Source of the DNA: Klebsormidium nitens
Lineage: Eukaryota; Plantae; Klebsormidiophyceae
NCBI GenBank assembly: GCA_000708835.1
Contig: DF237147.1
Location: 84,959-148,958 of the forward strand
Length of the DNA stretch: 64,000 nucleotides
Direction of reading: 5' to 3'
How positions within the stretch are numbered: the first letter of the stretch is position 1; the number at the start of each line of letters is the position of its first letter. Made by a program: the position numbers and the translations under genes. The notes under the pieces were generated by a model. The model worked only from the letters and a program-made list of their open reading frames with translations. It did no database searches and was not told where the DNA came from. Below, piece after piece: positions 10,435 through 23,362 of the stretch.

Positions 10435-13116
10435 ATGCTTTCAATCGCAGGCTCGTCTTCTCTTCGTAGACTGTGCTCCATGAATGTCCGTACCTTCGAG
10501 TCACATGCCCTGCGACAGTGCCGCTGCCAAGCGGGGCACTCACCAAGCATCTTGCATGCACCGTCTGCTGTGGTACCACGACTGGGCAGGATCAGTGGGA
10601 GCGCACACGAGAACGCGCCAGCATTGCTACATGGGACTCATGGGCGCAGGTCACGGGTGGAAGCCTCTGGTAAACTTGGTCAGCCCCTTTTCACATCTGA
10701 CTATCAAATGTTCTCCCGCTTCCAGAGGTTTGTGAGCCGCATAATACGAGATAGCAAGCCTCAAGCCAAGTCACAAAGGCAGCAGAATGCACAGCGTGAT
10801 CTTAGTTGCCATGCGGTGGCAGTCGAGAGGAGCCTCGATGAGCTGAAGAGCAGGGCGGAGGGTGGAGAGGGCCCAAATGGGATGCCCCTGCCAAATCCCA
10901 TCCATGCGGAGCTTACTCCACAGGAAGTTGCGGGCAGGAGGATCATCTTAGTGGGGGACGTCCATGGTAAGCCAATGGAGCCAAGTGGCTTGTCGGTGGG
11001 ACTCATTGGGGTCTCCAGGTCAGAGTCCCTCTTGTGCTCGTAACCTTCCACCATCGACTAAGATCGTGCCTCTATTAGCCAATGGACCTTTCATATACAG
11101 CCAGAATCCATCTTCATGGGCGTGGTGGTAGCCACTGGGTTGACATTTTACAGACTAACACATTGAATTTCCCCCTCCTGACCCTCACCACTTACCAGCA
11201 TCAGGTTCCTGGTAGTGGTGCATTCAAGAGCTAGTGCTCCCCAATGGAGATTGTCCTTTTTATCTCAGTGCCGCAGGTCTTTTGACAATCACGCAGTGCC
11301 CTATTGCAGGGTGTTATGACGAGCTGGTCCTGTTGTTAGACCAGGAGTGTAGACGGCAGCCCGACGACGTGGTTATCTTCGTGGGTGACCTTGTGAATAA
11401 GGTGTGTCTCAGGCTCTCCCAATCAAACTTCCTTCAGCCCCATCGCCCCAACAATCTTTTGCGGCTGCGCTCTTGTTGCGTATCAGGTTCTGTTCCTCGT
11501 TCATCGGGGCAACAAAGCAACCGCATGCCGGCGGCTGACCCTGTTGCGCATGACCCATGCAGGGTCCTAAGTCTCCTGAAGTAGTGGCGCTCGCGCGGGA
11601 CATTGGAGCATACGCCGTGCGAGGCAATCATGATGACAGCTCACTTGCGTCCTACTACAAGTGGGCCAACTATCGATCAGGAAAAGGTATGGGAATTCTC
11701 CCCCTTCAGCCCTTCCATGGCCCGCCCCTCTGGATTCTGTATTTGTGAACGTTGGTCTGATTGTAAGTGATGGCTATCAATGAGTGCATTTCTATGCTGG
11801 CCTCTACTGTGAGGAGCAGAGTTACTGTTCACCTGATTGACGAATTCTTGTGAATTCTCAGGGGGCAAGCAGAAGCCGGACAAGCGGGAGTGGGTGCAGC
11901 AGCTGACGGAGCAGGATGTTGAGTGGCTTCATGGCCTGCCGTTCTCCCTGCGAATACCCTCGCACAACCTGCTAGTGGTAAACAAATCCTTCTCTCTTCT
12001 TACCAAGCAGTTCTCGTTGACCATGCCAAAGAAACAGGCGTCTTTGCTTGCTGTCGTTTCTTCACTTGAGGCTTCATTGTGGAATTCGTGTAGCTGCTGT
12101 TCAACAGTCAACAGGCTTAGAATAATCTTCAGGCAAATCTGCTTTCACGCACGAAATTTGCTCTGAGCGTGCTTGAGATGCTGCCCTCAGGCTGGTAGGA
12201 ATGATGACCATGTTCTTTCTCATTACCCCTCCTCTTTCTGTGGCAGGTTCATGCGGGCCTAGTCCCAGGGATTCCGTTAGAACAGCAAGACCTGGGCCAG
12301 CTGTACACTATGCGCTTCTTGGAGCAAGCCACCGCCAAGCGCAAGAAGAGCTCGAGCAAGCGGAGCTTGCGGTCGGGCTATGGTTCTGACTCGGACGGTG
12401 CAGACTGGGAGCCGGTGGGGAGTGCAAATGACGAGACGGAACTGTGGGGAAAAGTGTGGGACGGGCCGGAGCACGTTGTGTTTGGGCATGACGCCATGCG
12501 GGGTTTGCAACTGTAAGGGGCTGGCTTGAGAAGCGAAGTCGAACCTTGTACAGAGATGGGCCTGAAGGCCCGAGTTTATGATGCTCGATTGCATGGTGAT
12601 AGACCGGTCAAAACAACGCTCTGGTTTTCAGAAGCCAATAGGACAAAGGAGTCTGACCTGCCGTGATGAACGATACAGGAATCTAGAGCAACCTTGAAAA
12701 AGTTTTTGAGATGTCGACACGCCTCTCTTCATCTGCTAGTCTCCTGTGTTTCTTCAGACTTGTATTTCGAGGGCAGTCTTTTCAGCTTCCCCTTTCGCTA
12801 AGGTTTTGCTTTTGAACACCCCTCGCTCTCTAGCTGGAAGGACCTGTTCAGCGATTCCTCTGGAGACACTGTCAGCCTGACAACTGCACGCCTCGATAAA
12901 GGCATCAAAACAAGGATTGCACGCTCCACGTACAGGCGCCGGAAAGCGACTGGCCTGGACACTGGGTGCGTGTATGGGGGACGGCTGACCGCGATCATAC
13001 TCCCACCCGTGGTAGGCGATGGGGGGAGCAGACCCAGTGCACCTGTAGGCCACGGCATGCTGGTCTCCGTCAAGGCACTGAAAGAGTACGAAAAGGCTAA
13101 AGGGAAAATGAGGTAG
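10435..13116 (+). CDS. ApaH-like phosphatase (ALPH; Ppn2/symmetrical Ap4A hydrolase-like metallophosphoesterase), up to 436 aa
   Basis: Exons 10435-10966, 11310-11401, 11563-11686, 11862-11977, 12247-12512 and 12936-13116, frame-consistent. Motifs GDVHG, GDLVNKG, RGNHD, VHAG, VFGHDA and GLDTGCVYGGRLTA. An alternative in-frame ATG lies at 10708. Confidence 0.9.
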
Positions 13117-14141
13117 GCACGTGCATGGTCAACTTGGCTTGGCCGCAGTGTATCATATCTTCCAGTCAGGGCCCCTCCTACGAGAACGGGGATTCACAAG
13201 AGGTCCTTGTAGCATAATTGCTTGCAAATTTGACTCAGATTAATTTATGATCATTTCGGTTGGTGGATACGATTTCAGTCTCGGATGGAACAAGAGAAAA
13301 CAAGATGCAAGATAAGCGAGACTGGTTCTTTGCAAAAGTTGGTATTTCTGCCCGCCGCCAGTGTCACCTGGCCTTTTAATAAGTCTGATTGCCTTCTTTG
13401 GCTTGCCTATCAAATAGGCACGCCATAGGCTATTACCGCGGGCCGGGATGGCGTTCATTCCGTCGTATGTGGCGTTCCGCGCGGCGCTGGCTTGGGTTGC
13501 GTTGATGCGACGTCAAACTCCGAGTTTTGCATCGCTTACGTGGGGAGACACCTTCACTGCTCATGCTAGTGTTTAACCATGGACCTCGATCACCGTCGAG
13601 CCCCGCTGGCATTGGTCATGAGATTGAATTGTGGCTTCCCAGTCGATCATGGACTGAGCTATCTGGCTGCGAGCATTGCTTACATATCAAGGTGCTCCGA
13701 TCATCGACCCGGAGCATGTTTCATCATGCACAAGCTCCGAAGTGATGCTCATGCTAGGGCCGGGCTCTGCGCTATATCTGGCAGACTGCGATTGATGGTT
13801 CATGACATTACTTCGACCCCGATAATCAAGAGATGTTGATCGCGCTTCCGACACCGTCGTTGTAATGAGGGCCTAATATTCAAGGGTTGTGGGAAAGTGC
13901 GCGCGGCTTCTCTCAAGACCAATGTACCTCGATCACTAATTCGCTAATCAGGCATGACGTTTTTATGAAAGCACAAAGCCTGAATTCTCATGATGCGCAT
14001 GCGCACAAATTCGAGAGCTGCATGTTAAATAGTATCCTAATATTAGCTAGCTTGCTGTACGTAGACGTACATGACTTTCAATGGACTCGAAGGCGGATCG
14101 ATCGCGGCTGCTATATTAATCCGACCGGCCAGATTTCCCAA

Positions 14142-14163
14142 TGCCAAACTTGCCAAACTTGCC
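14142..14163. repeat. (TGCCAAACT)x2.4 tandem repeat
   Basis: tgccaaact tgccaaact tgcc read directly from the sequence. Confidence 0.75.
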
Positions 14164-14646
14164 GCGGCACACAGCTTGACATCCCCGCCAGAGACATATA
14201 AATTCTAGGATCGGCCAGGACATGCGCAATGTCATGACCAACGAAATTTGCAGCTATAGCACAATGATGTGTGCGTGCACGTACTGCATGCAGCTGAGTC
14301 GGAGCAGTCTAGCAGCGGGCCTGACACATGTACGTAGTATATGAATTGCAGGTCACGTTGAGCACACGTACATCGGGTAAATTATCTGTCAGGTCTGTGT
14401 AGTGCGGGCCCAAGCGATTGTTCATGCTGCACGTACATGAGCTGCATGGTTTCAATGTGCACCTATGCAAGTCTCATCCGCTTGCAAAACCAGCCCCGAC
14501 TGGGAATGCCAGCACCGGAGCTTGCTCGCCGAACTTACGACCTCGTCTCGTGCATTGTCGGCGACAAGCCGAGAGAGTCTGTTACATATGGCGTGTTACC
14601 TATACATACTTACAAATGCGTGCCACGCGAGTTACCGAGCCGGATC

Positions 14647-17600
14647 TCATTGTACTTTGATAGCCTCGTATCTGTCCCCCGCTTCCCCTCCTTTCTGTTT
14701 CTGGAAACTTATGTGCTTGAGAGTGCTGGCGTAGAAGGCTTCGGTGGCAGGGTCTTGGACCGCGCTTTCGCTGTTCACCTCGGTGCTTATCAACTCCAAC
14801 AGGCCTTGCAAGACGGTCGTCGTCACCTGCTGGTTGCCCTTGTCGAAGTGGTACAAGTACCTGAGCAGATACACACATCGCGCGGGTCAGAAACAACCAA
14901 GCCTCCACGATCCCCAAGTTACACATCAGGACATTCTGAAGCTTCTCGATTAGTACCTGTAGCGTGCTCCAAGTCGCGAAAGCTTGTTCGCTTACTTGTT
15001 GAGAATCTCGACGAAGAGCGTGACCGGCCCGCCGCTGCCCCGCGTGGCGTTGGCTTGTTGCTGGGCGGCGTTGGCAATCCGCAGGGCACGCTTCAAGCAC
15101 AGCAGCACCCTGCGCACAAATACCCAGTCCCTCAGGAACAGTGGTAAGCTCGAAGCAGTTGACCCAGGCAAGGGCAGAAGAGGCGTTGAAAAGTATTAAA
15201 TCAAGAGAGAGCAGTCTCCGGTGAGCTTCACTACAATACACGAGCAACTGCTGACCAGTCGACCAGAAGACTTCTGGCTACTCTCGGAAAGAATGAAACT
15301 AGATCAAGAGGAGACGCACCTTTCGCCATCCCGAGTCCCTTTTTCTTGATCTTGCCAGAAGAGGTGTGAGCAATTGTACACAGCGCGGCACTGGTCCGGC
15401 TTCTTCAGCAGCTTCGCAGAGTACTGCAAAACACAAGTCCAGAAAAATTCAATCTCAATTTGAAATGTCCATTCAAGAAGAGGGGGCACGATTTCAAACA
15501 GGTACTTTCCTGCTGTGACCGTTTCCTCTCGCCTAAAAATCTCAAGAAAGAAGCAACCCAATCTTTTGGCTTCGACAGGGACCCCTAGGAGGGCTCGTCC
15601 TGCGCGAGTTGAGAGCGTGCTCACCCCGGTGGCCTTGTGCGTCAAGGTGTCCCGGTTCTCAGTGCCAAACACGACCGTCCGCTGCAGCGTGCCGGTCATC
15701 AGCTGCAGGGCCGTCACCTGCGCCTTGGAGTCCTGCACCACGTGGCAGCTCGATCAACACCTTTGTCGTACCAGTGGGACTCACTCATAAACCTCTGGAT
15801 CCTGTAAGGCGGAGGTCTCCAGTGTACCTCCTACTGAGAAGGCCCGACAGCCAACCACTTGCAATGTCTTGAACAAAGTCTGCTTGGCACACGGTGGCTC
15901 TTACCGCGATGTCTTCCTCGTACAGGATGAACGCTTGCGTGAAGAACTCGTAGGCGATGGGTTCCAGGTCGCAGTCGCTGGCAGCCTGCACGCGTCCACG
16001 GCCGACCCACTCAGAAAAGACATCCTTCGATAAATGCAACCAATGAGTGCGGCAAGGGCGCAAGCTTCACCATGACTTTCCTCGACCTCAACAGCTTCGG
16101 ACTTCGCTCCTGCGCAAAAGTGCAGTCCCGCTGTGTTTGATCACAATGCCAAGCAAGATAGCACTGCAAAAGCTCGCGTTGCCGCAGGCGGCTGACCTCG
16201 GCGCAGAGGAGGTAGAGGCGGAAGGCGAGCTCGGGTGCGGGCACATTGGCGAGGGCCTCCACGGTCTGGTGCAGAAACTGGAACACCTTCTTGGGCGTAA
16301 CACCGCCCTCCTCTACCTCGCCACGCGCTTGCAACCGCCGCACCAGCTGTCACGACAAAGTACATAAGATGACGACACTGCGAGATCGCCACGTGTAGCA
16401 TGCAACCCAGCTTCTGGAAAATGGCATGTAATGGAAGCTTCAAGTAATGAAGCTCCAAGTTTTAAGTCAAGCGCTTGGTTCCTCTTGGCTGCAACTCAGC
16501 GAATGATTCAATCACCAACGCTCCACTATTTACTCCCTTTTCCCTCCGATTCTGCAAGCTCGCACTTCAGTTTCACTGCTTAAGTCTGAAAGTAATAGAA
16601 ACGGGGCAGGCGGAATACCTTGAGGCTCTCCACGACCAAGGGAGGCAGGGTGAAGACGAGCCGCCGCGGTCCACCAAGACCAAATTGTTTCCGAGCCGCA
16701 CTCAGAATCTGCAGAGACAAAGCATGAGCGCGTCAAAGTCCTCTCAGTACCCCGTTCGCAGATGACAAGGAGCGAAATCCGTAGTGCTAGCAGAAAATGA
16801 AAGAGAGGCGGCTGCGGGTGGCAAGGCAGCGTCACCTTAATACACAACTTTTCTACGTTCTATCAGGGCTCCGTTTAGATAGGTTACTGCCCGGGAGGAC
16901 GGGTGAGGCTGCTTTTGGGATCTGAGGTGGGTACCGGTGCAAAGGGTGTTCAAACTTGGTCAAGGATTTTTGTTTCTGCGAGCTCGGGGCGCCGATGCAA
17001 TGTCGAGTACAGATCCACGTAGGCCTAACTCAACGCAGAACAGGCACTGTTTTCACCTTGAATTGCTCCTCAGGGTCGTCGTTGACGAGCACATGCAGCA
17101 ATCGCGCCACCAGGTTCTGCTCCTCCGCAAAGTCCTCCTGGTCCAGCTGCAACAGCCAGCACGGACGGCCGTCAAGAGGCGTCCGGAGATATGGATAGGG
17201 ACCGTGGATTCGGCCGAATGTTGGAGTGCTCTGTGATGGACCAGTGCTCTGTAATCGCCCCAAAGCTGCGCTCATCATTGCTCATCGAAACATTGCACGG
17301 ACCAGCTCGAAGTCCTCTCTTTTTTCGTAAAATCAGTGTTTTTACTCCTTGCTCACAGCATCAGCCATGATTGCACTTTTCGTCACTTACTGTAACTCTT
17401 GTCCTCGTATGCATTTCGGTGTGTCGAAAGCCGTAACGTGATACCTACACCACCCTCGACCAAACCCACATATTCACCGCGCGAGCTGAATCGACTGCAT
17501 TCAACAATAGAACTCGCAATCGAAAGCAGAGATCGTCCAAAACTTCAAAGACGACATTTGCCGCAGTGGCGCGGGGTGCGGCTTGAGCGCGCGCACCTGG

Positions 17601-20600
17601 TCGACGGGCGGCGCGTCCTCGCCGTCCCGGATGAGCTCCTGCAGCAGCTGGAAGAGCGCCTCGACGCGCGCGCAGTCGCCGATGCGCGTGCCGTTCTTGA
17701 GGATGCTCTGGATGACCAGGACGGCCATCACCTTGTTGGTCTCGAACTCGAGCGTGGCCATGAGCTGCCCGTAGTGGCCCAGCTGCAGCACCGTCACCAC
17801 GTCGCCGTACTGCGCCAGCGGCTCGCTCAGCAGCGCCACGATCGCCTTCACGCTCTTGGCCTCGCGGATCTTGCCCTGCCCCGCCAGCATCTTCACGCAC
17901 GACCCCTGCGCGGAAAGCGAGTGCGTGTTGAGAAGAAGGGCACGTTTGATTCAGATGATTGCAAAGCTCGCAGACCGGCGAACGGCTGGTCCAGCCAACT
18001 CGGAAAAGAAGCAGTCCACAAGTCGAGAACCGATGAGAAAGGTACGTGGTAGGCACAACAATACCCTAAAAGCTATGTGATGGACACCGAAACACTTTGC
18101 TCGGAGGCAAAGCAAGGGTCGGTGTGCAATTTCTGGAAAAGCAGAGGCCGCGGAGGATTCAACCGTACCAGAGGGCAGCACCAAATTGAGACTCTGCGAG
18201 CAGGTAAGTGTATGCGGGGCACTCACAAGGACAGAGTCGACGTAGTCGAGGCGGTCGGCGTGGCAGCGCAGGACGAAGTTGAGGAGCGCCACATGGAGGC
18301 TGACGGCGGAGACGAGCGGCATGTCCACCTGCGCCTCCACTACGGTGGCTACCGCCGTGCTCAGCTTCTCGAACGCCTCCACCTCAGCAAACACGGACAG
18401 CACCTGCAGCGGGGGGGATGAAAGGCCGTTCCGTAAGCAGACAGAACGGAAGGAGGGAGAACGTGGAAGGCTGCCGAGCAGATGTTAGAGATACCCCCTA
18501 GCCATAAACCTTGAGGGTTACAGGAATAGACTGTCTGGGCATCGTCCGGGTCCACTAAGATGGACCGCCAATCGAGGGGGTTGTAGTGGAGGTGGGTTCC
18601 TAGGAAGTCCGTTAGGAGTACCTGTTCTCCTCCTTTCCGTTCAGACAGCACTGGGCGGAGGCGGGAACAATCGAAGCGATGGGAATCTGTCAGCAGGTCG
18701 AACTTGGAAGGAAGCATCGACTTCCAACAACTTCGCATGGGTGACACTTTATGAACCGCAGGACACACATTTCTGATGTCGCAGCACTGGACCAGGCGAC
18801 TCGACGCCAGTGGAGGGCCATCCAGATGCGAACGGCACGCGCCAAGGAGACAAGAACAATCCAAGGGAACGAAGCACACGACCACGGCCGAAGTACACGC
18901 CGTCGCAGGACGGATTATTGGTAGGGTCAGCGTACGGCACCTGGGAGTTTGCTGCTGCGTAGTTGGCCAGCCGCTCCATGAGGCCCGCCATGGTGCTCTT
19001 GATGTCCACCTTGGGCTGCACGCAAGCAGGAGCAAGAGCGAATCAACACCCGCCGAGAAGCAGGCCACCCTAGTTGGCGGGTGAAACCCCTCGAGACATC
19101 TACTCAGCACGCGTTGGCGCAGTTATAGTAGGCTCCTTGTCGAGACCGTGGCAAGAGAAAGGCGCAGAAACAAACGGGCTTTTGCTGCCAAAAGATCGAT
19201 CGTCAAGTGTGCGGCGCCAGCACGGATGATTGTTGAGACGAGCGCGGAAGCGCACCTGCAGTTGTGGGCAGGCGGCAAGGAGCGTCTCGAGCGTTTGCAG
19301 GTGGTACTCGTCGGGGAACACCTGGATGATGCAGTCCATCAGGTACCCCTGCGCAATCTCGTCCTTGCAGTTTACCACCTGCAAATCGCACGGCACCGTT
19401 TCAAGCCACAACAATTCTTACGGGATCGAAGCCATGGCCACCCCAGCTTGGCTAAAGCTTCCTTGTTGAATTCCTTCTCAAAACTTCGGCTCGTACAGCC
19501 GAACGGTTCCGAAAGGAAGCCGTCAAAAACGGTCGTCTGAAAAGACGTCCGCAGAAGAGGTGGACAGTTTTCGGAATACTCGGCCAAGCCTAAGCCGCCA
19601 TATTCGAGTACAAATCTGAGCTCATCGCAAAGGTTGGCCCGATGCGCCAACTGCAATCCTTCACGACCCCAATGTCATTGACCGTACGTCCCAAGTTCTG
19701 CACAATTGGCAAAGGTCTGCGTTCGGATCGAATCGGATTTGAGTCAGGCGGCCAGGTTCAAGTGGAGCTGCAGAACCATGCGCCCTCTACTTAGCGTTGG
19801 GTTCAATCACCTGCTCGAGGACCCGTGGCAGCACAGTGCTCTTATACAACTCCAGGTCCACCCCTTCCAGCTGGCTCAGCACCAGCAAGTTCTTCCCCAC
19901 CTGCACGTATGAAGCCAATGTGGCAGAGCGTCAGAGACAAGAGGTATTGACGATAGGAACGGACCCTCTCGTACATGAATTTCGAACCATGATGCAACCA
20001 CAGGTGCTTCAATCAACACAAAAGCTTTCAAAGTCCCTTGTCGAAAGACGCTTGTGATCTGTTCGTCTGTGCATATTTTTTGACAATCCTCAAACGACAC
20101 CGGCCCAAGTCTTGCCTACAGTTGCCTTGCAAAGGGAGTGTCAGAGGCACGTAGTTCTTGGAAAACCATGCTGAGGCTGCCTTTTACGTTCTCACCAGGT
20201 CTCGCAGCTCGCTCCGCTCCTTTTCCCGCTTCTCCCTGTCGGCCTTGTCCTTCGCGGACCCTTGATGTTGCATGCGCACCCACAGCTTGTTCATCTCGGT
20301 GAAGTTTTGGAGCACGAACTCCACGGCGTCGTGGATAGTGCCCCCCTCGCTGGCAAGACGGGTAAACATAGCGTCAGACAATAGCCTCAATGTGAATTCG
20401 CCTTTTTATCTGAAGAAACGAAAGCGGAAGGCGGTTTTTGGGTCATATGTACGATAGCCACAACTTCCAACGAAAGCTTTCCTGTAGAGGAGTACAAAGC
20501 GGGGGAGATCCTGACGTGCTCACCCCTCGTAGTCGGAGCCGGTGTCGGGCAGCTTGTCCTTGCTGATCTGCGAGAGATAGCTGCGCAGGAAGAGGCCGCG

Positions 20601-21941
20601 GATAGGGTGCTGCACGCCGCGGCTCATCTCGACCAGATCTTTCAGGATGTCCTTCGCAGGAGCCTCCTTGGAGCGGATGTATACTGACCCCACCGTGATC
20701 AGTAAGTACCTGCGTCACCGGAGCGAACGGTCAGGTGACCGCATGGGTGCAGTGTGCGCTCAGGTAGCCTCTCAGCTGCCTAAACAAGTCCTCACTGATT
20801 TGACGAAGGAAGCTTACAGCATGAACGCGTGTGCCCTTGACGGGTGGACGAAAGCGCGCTGAATCGAATCTAACAATGACAGCTGGAATGACGCTGGAAA
20901 GTATCAATGAATTGTCAGGACCCGACCAGACTCCCTTAGGGCCCGATTTCATCTGAACGAAACGTTTCACAAGGAGCCTAAAACGTTGGACACTGAATTG
21001 AAAGAGGGTGTCCAACGCACAGCCCTTTCACTTTCCGCCTCCCTTTTCGAGGGTCTGACTTTAAGTTCTTCCGGAGGTGACGAAGACACAGGCAGTCAAC
21101 AAGGCATAATCTAGGGCCAGACAAAATCAATCGCAGACTTACAAGCGTGGCAGGATGTTTCCCGCGTGCTGCACCAGCTCATAGAGATCCGCATTGCTCC
21201 GTCCGCGCTTGCTCTCCTCCTGGAAGAAGGCCTCCAGGTGCCGCAGCTCATCGAATGTTTGCATGTCTGAGAGGAGCGCAGGTCAAGGAAGCGCCAGCAC
21301 GGTACATGCTGAAGATACAGCAAGACTGTCGTTGACAAAGCAAGACTATCGATGACAAGGGGGTTCCCTGGCACAGTTGTCTCGATTGCCAACACCTCAA
21401 ATGCTCAAAGTTGCAGGAAATTTTAAACTCCATATGAAAGAGACCTTTTGTTATACACAAATGATAATGTTGTCGAATTTTCACTTTGGGAAAAGCAGCT
21501 ACGAAGAAATGGACAAAACGCGACTCTGCACTAGCTTGGGTGGAGGATACAGAGCTCGTAGTACTTCTGGGGGGACAGCTTGGAGGTGCGCAGCTCCACC
21601 AGCATCTGGGCCGAGTACTTGAGAGCCTCCCGCAGGTTGCTCGAATCCTGCGAACACGAACACCACCCCTGAGAACCGCCGCTCCGAGTATGATGCGCAT
21701 ACATTCAGAATCAGTTTCGGCACCAACAAGTCCCCCAAGTCGCCCCCCATCGTGTTGCCCCTGCTTTGGACAGTGTGAATGTCTGCCCACTCACCAGCGC
21801 CTTCCTCATGTAGAAGCTCTGCTGCTTGACCACGTTCTGCGCGTCCGCCAGCCATTTCTCCTGTTCCTCCGTTGCCGTGATGCTGTGTTCGTTCTGCGGA
21901 GGGTGGTAAGGCCGGGTCTTGTTGCCAGTTGGTTGTACCAT
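14647..21941 (-). CDS. VPS35: Vacuolar protein sorting 35, retromer cargo-recognition subunit, multi-exon
   Basis: ATG at 21941 (MVQPTG...[25 protein letters not shown]). Later exons give [78 protein letters not shown] and [12 protein letters not shown]. Last exon YLYHFDKGN, stop at 14647. Confidence 0.97.
21267..21550 (-). other. U12-type (minor spliceosome) GT-AG intron 2 of VPS35
   Basis: Donor GTATCCTCC begins at 21550. Branch site TTCCTTGAC at 21290-21282, with the branch A 16 nt from the AG at 21267. The intron splits the Tyr codon T|AC in YYELY-MQTF. Confidence 0.88.
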
Positions 21942-23362
21942 CGCCGAAGTGTCAATTGCTCACGCTGGCTGACATCATTGCAGATTCCTTTGCGCATCTT
22001 ACCCCAGCAGGTGTTTTAAGCAGATTGCAGATTCAGTATACAAGGCTGGTGCATCTACGAAGATAACATGTGAAATTTGCCTCGATAGGTGGGTGCTTTG
22101 AAGTCCATCGCTCCTGTCCACAATACCGGGCTCCAGCCAGAAGAGAAGTGCCCTAATGACCCTCTGATCTGGAAAACCGATTGGGCGCCATTGAAAGCAA
22201 ACTTGATCTGGCGGTTTGTTAAGCAGACTGCCCAACTTTGCTGGGCTTGAGAACCCAGAAAAGCGATCAACCATTCAACAAAGTCCTTGTTCCAAAGCCA
22301 CGATCACCACCAGATATCTATGACTCAAGAGGAGAGACACTTCAAAATACGTAGCCTTGGATGCATTTAAAAGAATTAGAACCAGAACTTTTAGCATTCC
22401 AGCTTCTTAAAAGCCCTTCAGCTCTGGGCAGTATAAATTAATGCCTCGATGAGTGGATGCAGCTTACCATTGTGCTTCTTTCTGCCCACAAGACTTGCTG
22501 TGATTCCACACCGTTCCTCGCAGCCCCAATTGTGAATGTGATCAAATTGCACCCTCAGCTTGAGGACTCCGCAGATGCTTGATCGACCACCGGGTTTCAA
22601 ACCTGCACATGCCTTCTAGGCGAGAAGCAATCGCTGTTGCTTCTGAAGTTCTGTTGCTTGTTGACAAAATTAAGGTGTTTTTGAATGGCGCTCGCCAATG
22701 GGATCAGGAATGGAGTCCAACTTGCAAGCCTGAATCGATGAAAGTGAGAAGAACGTTCAAGCTCCAAATTACATTATATTCAGGCATATTACCTGCAATG
22801 GATTGTTAAATGCCCGTGAACGTAAGCAGCGATACGCCCCTCACGAGCGGTCGGACTAGGCTACTTGCAGCCCACGACATGAGGCTATAAGCGGCTCGCC
22901 ATAATGTATAAGCGCCTGCAGCTCTCCTAGCTGAAGAAGTGGAATTGGAAGGAGAAGATCTCCGAGTCTCAGCAGGGTTTGGATTTCAGTCGATTTCAGT
23001 GAGAAAAGCTCGGGAGCTTTCAACTTCAAGGTGGAAGAGAGCGGCTCAAAAGTGTGGTCGCAAGTCATTGACATAAGAGGGACCCTCTTCTCCTGGAGAA
23101 GGATAATCTTACCTGCGGCGGAGATCAGCACACACCCTGCATTCTCTAGAGGCTGACAAATTCATAGTCACTTTCACTTTCAACATAAGTGAGCATCCAG
23201 GACGCGGAGCAAGCACACAAGGACTGAGCTCACCAGCTGCAGGACTCCATTTGTCAATGCATTCTTCATTTCCCAGCTGCTGACATCAGTTGTTTGTGAG
23301 CTCAAGGGCGCGAAGAGAAGATTCAGGTTTTCGAGGTTGCCCTTTGGGAAGAAAACGGCATC

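Noticed and set aside
12200-12246. ATGATGA C-box-like motifs in ALPH intron 4 (also near 17275 on the minus strand and at 23826)
   Set aside because: There is no downstream CTGA with a terminal stem or rRNA-complementary guide inside the intron.
12512-12516. Apparent TAA truncating the phosphatase before the LDTG motif
   Set aside because: The TAA is part of the donor CT|GTAAGG. Exon 12936-13116 supplies GLDTGCVYGG in frame, so this is not a pseudogene.
13430-13445. ATTACCGCGG resembling SSU rRNA reverse-complement sequence
   Set aside because: The match is only about 10 nt and the flanks do not continue as rRNA.
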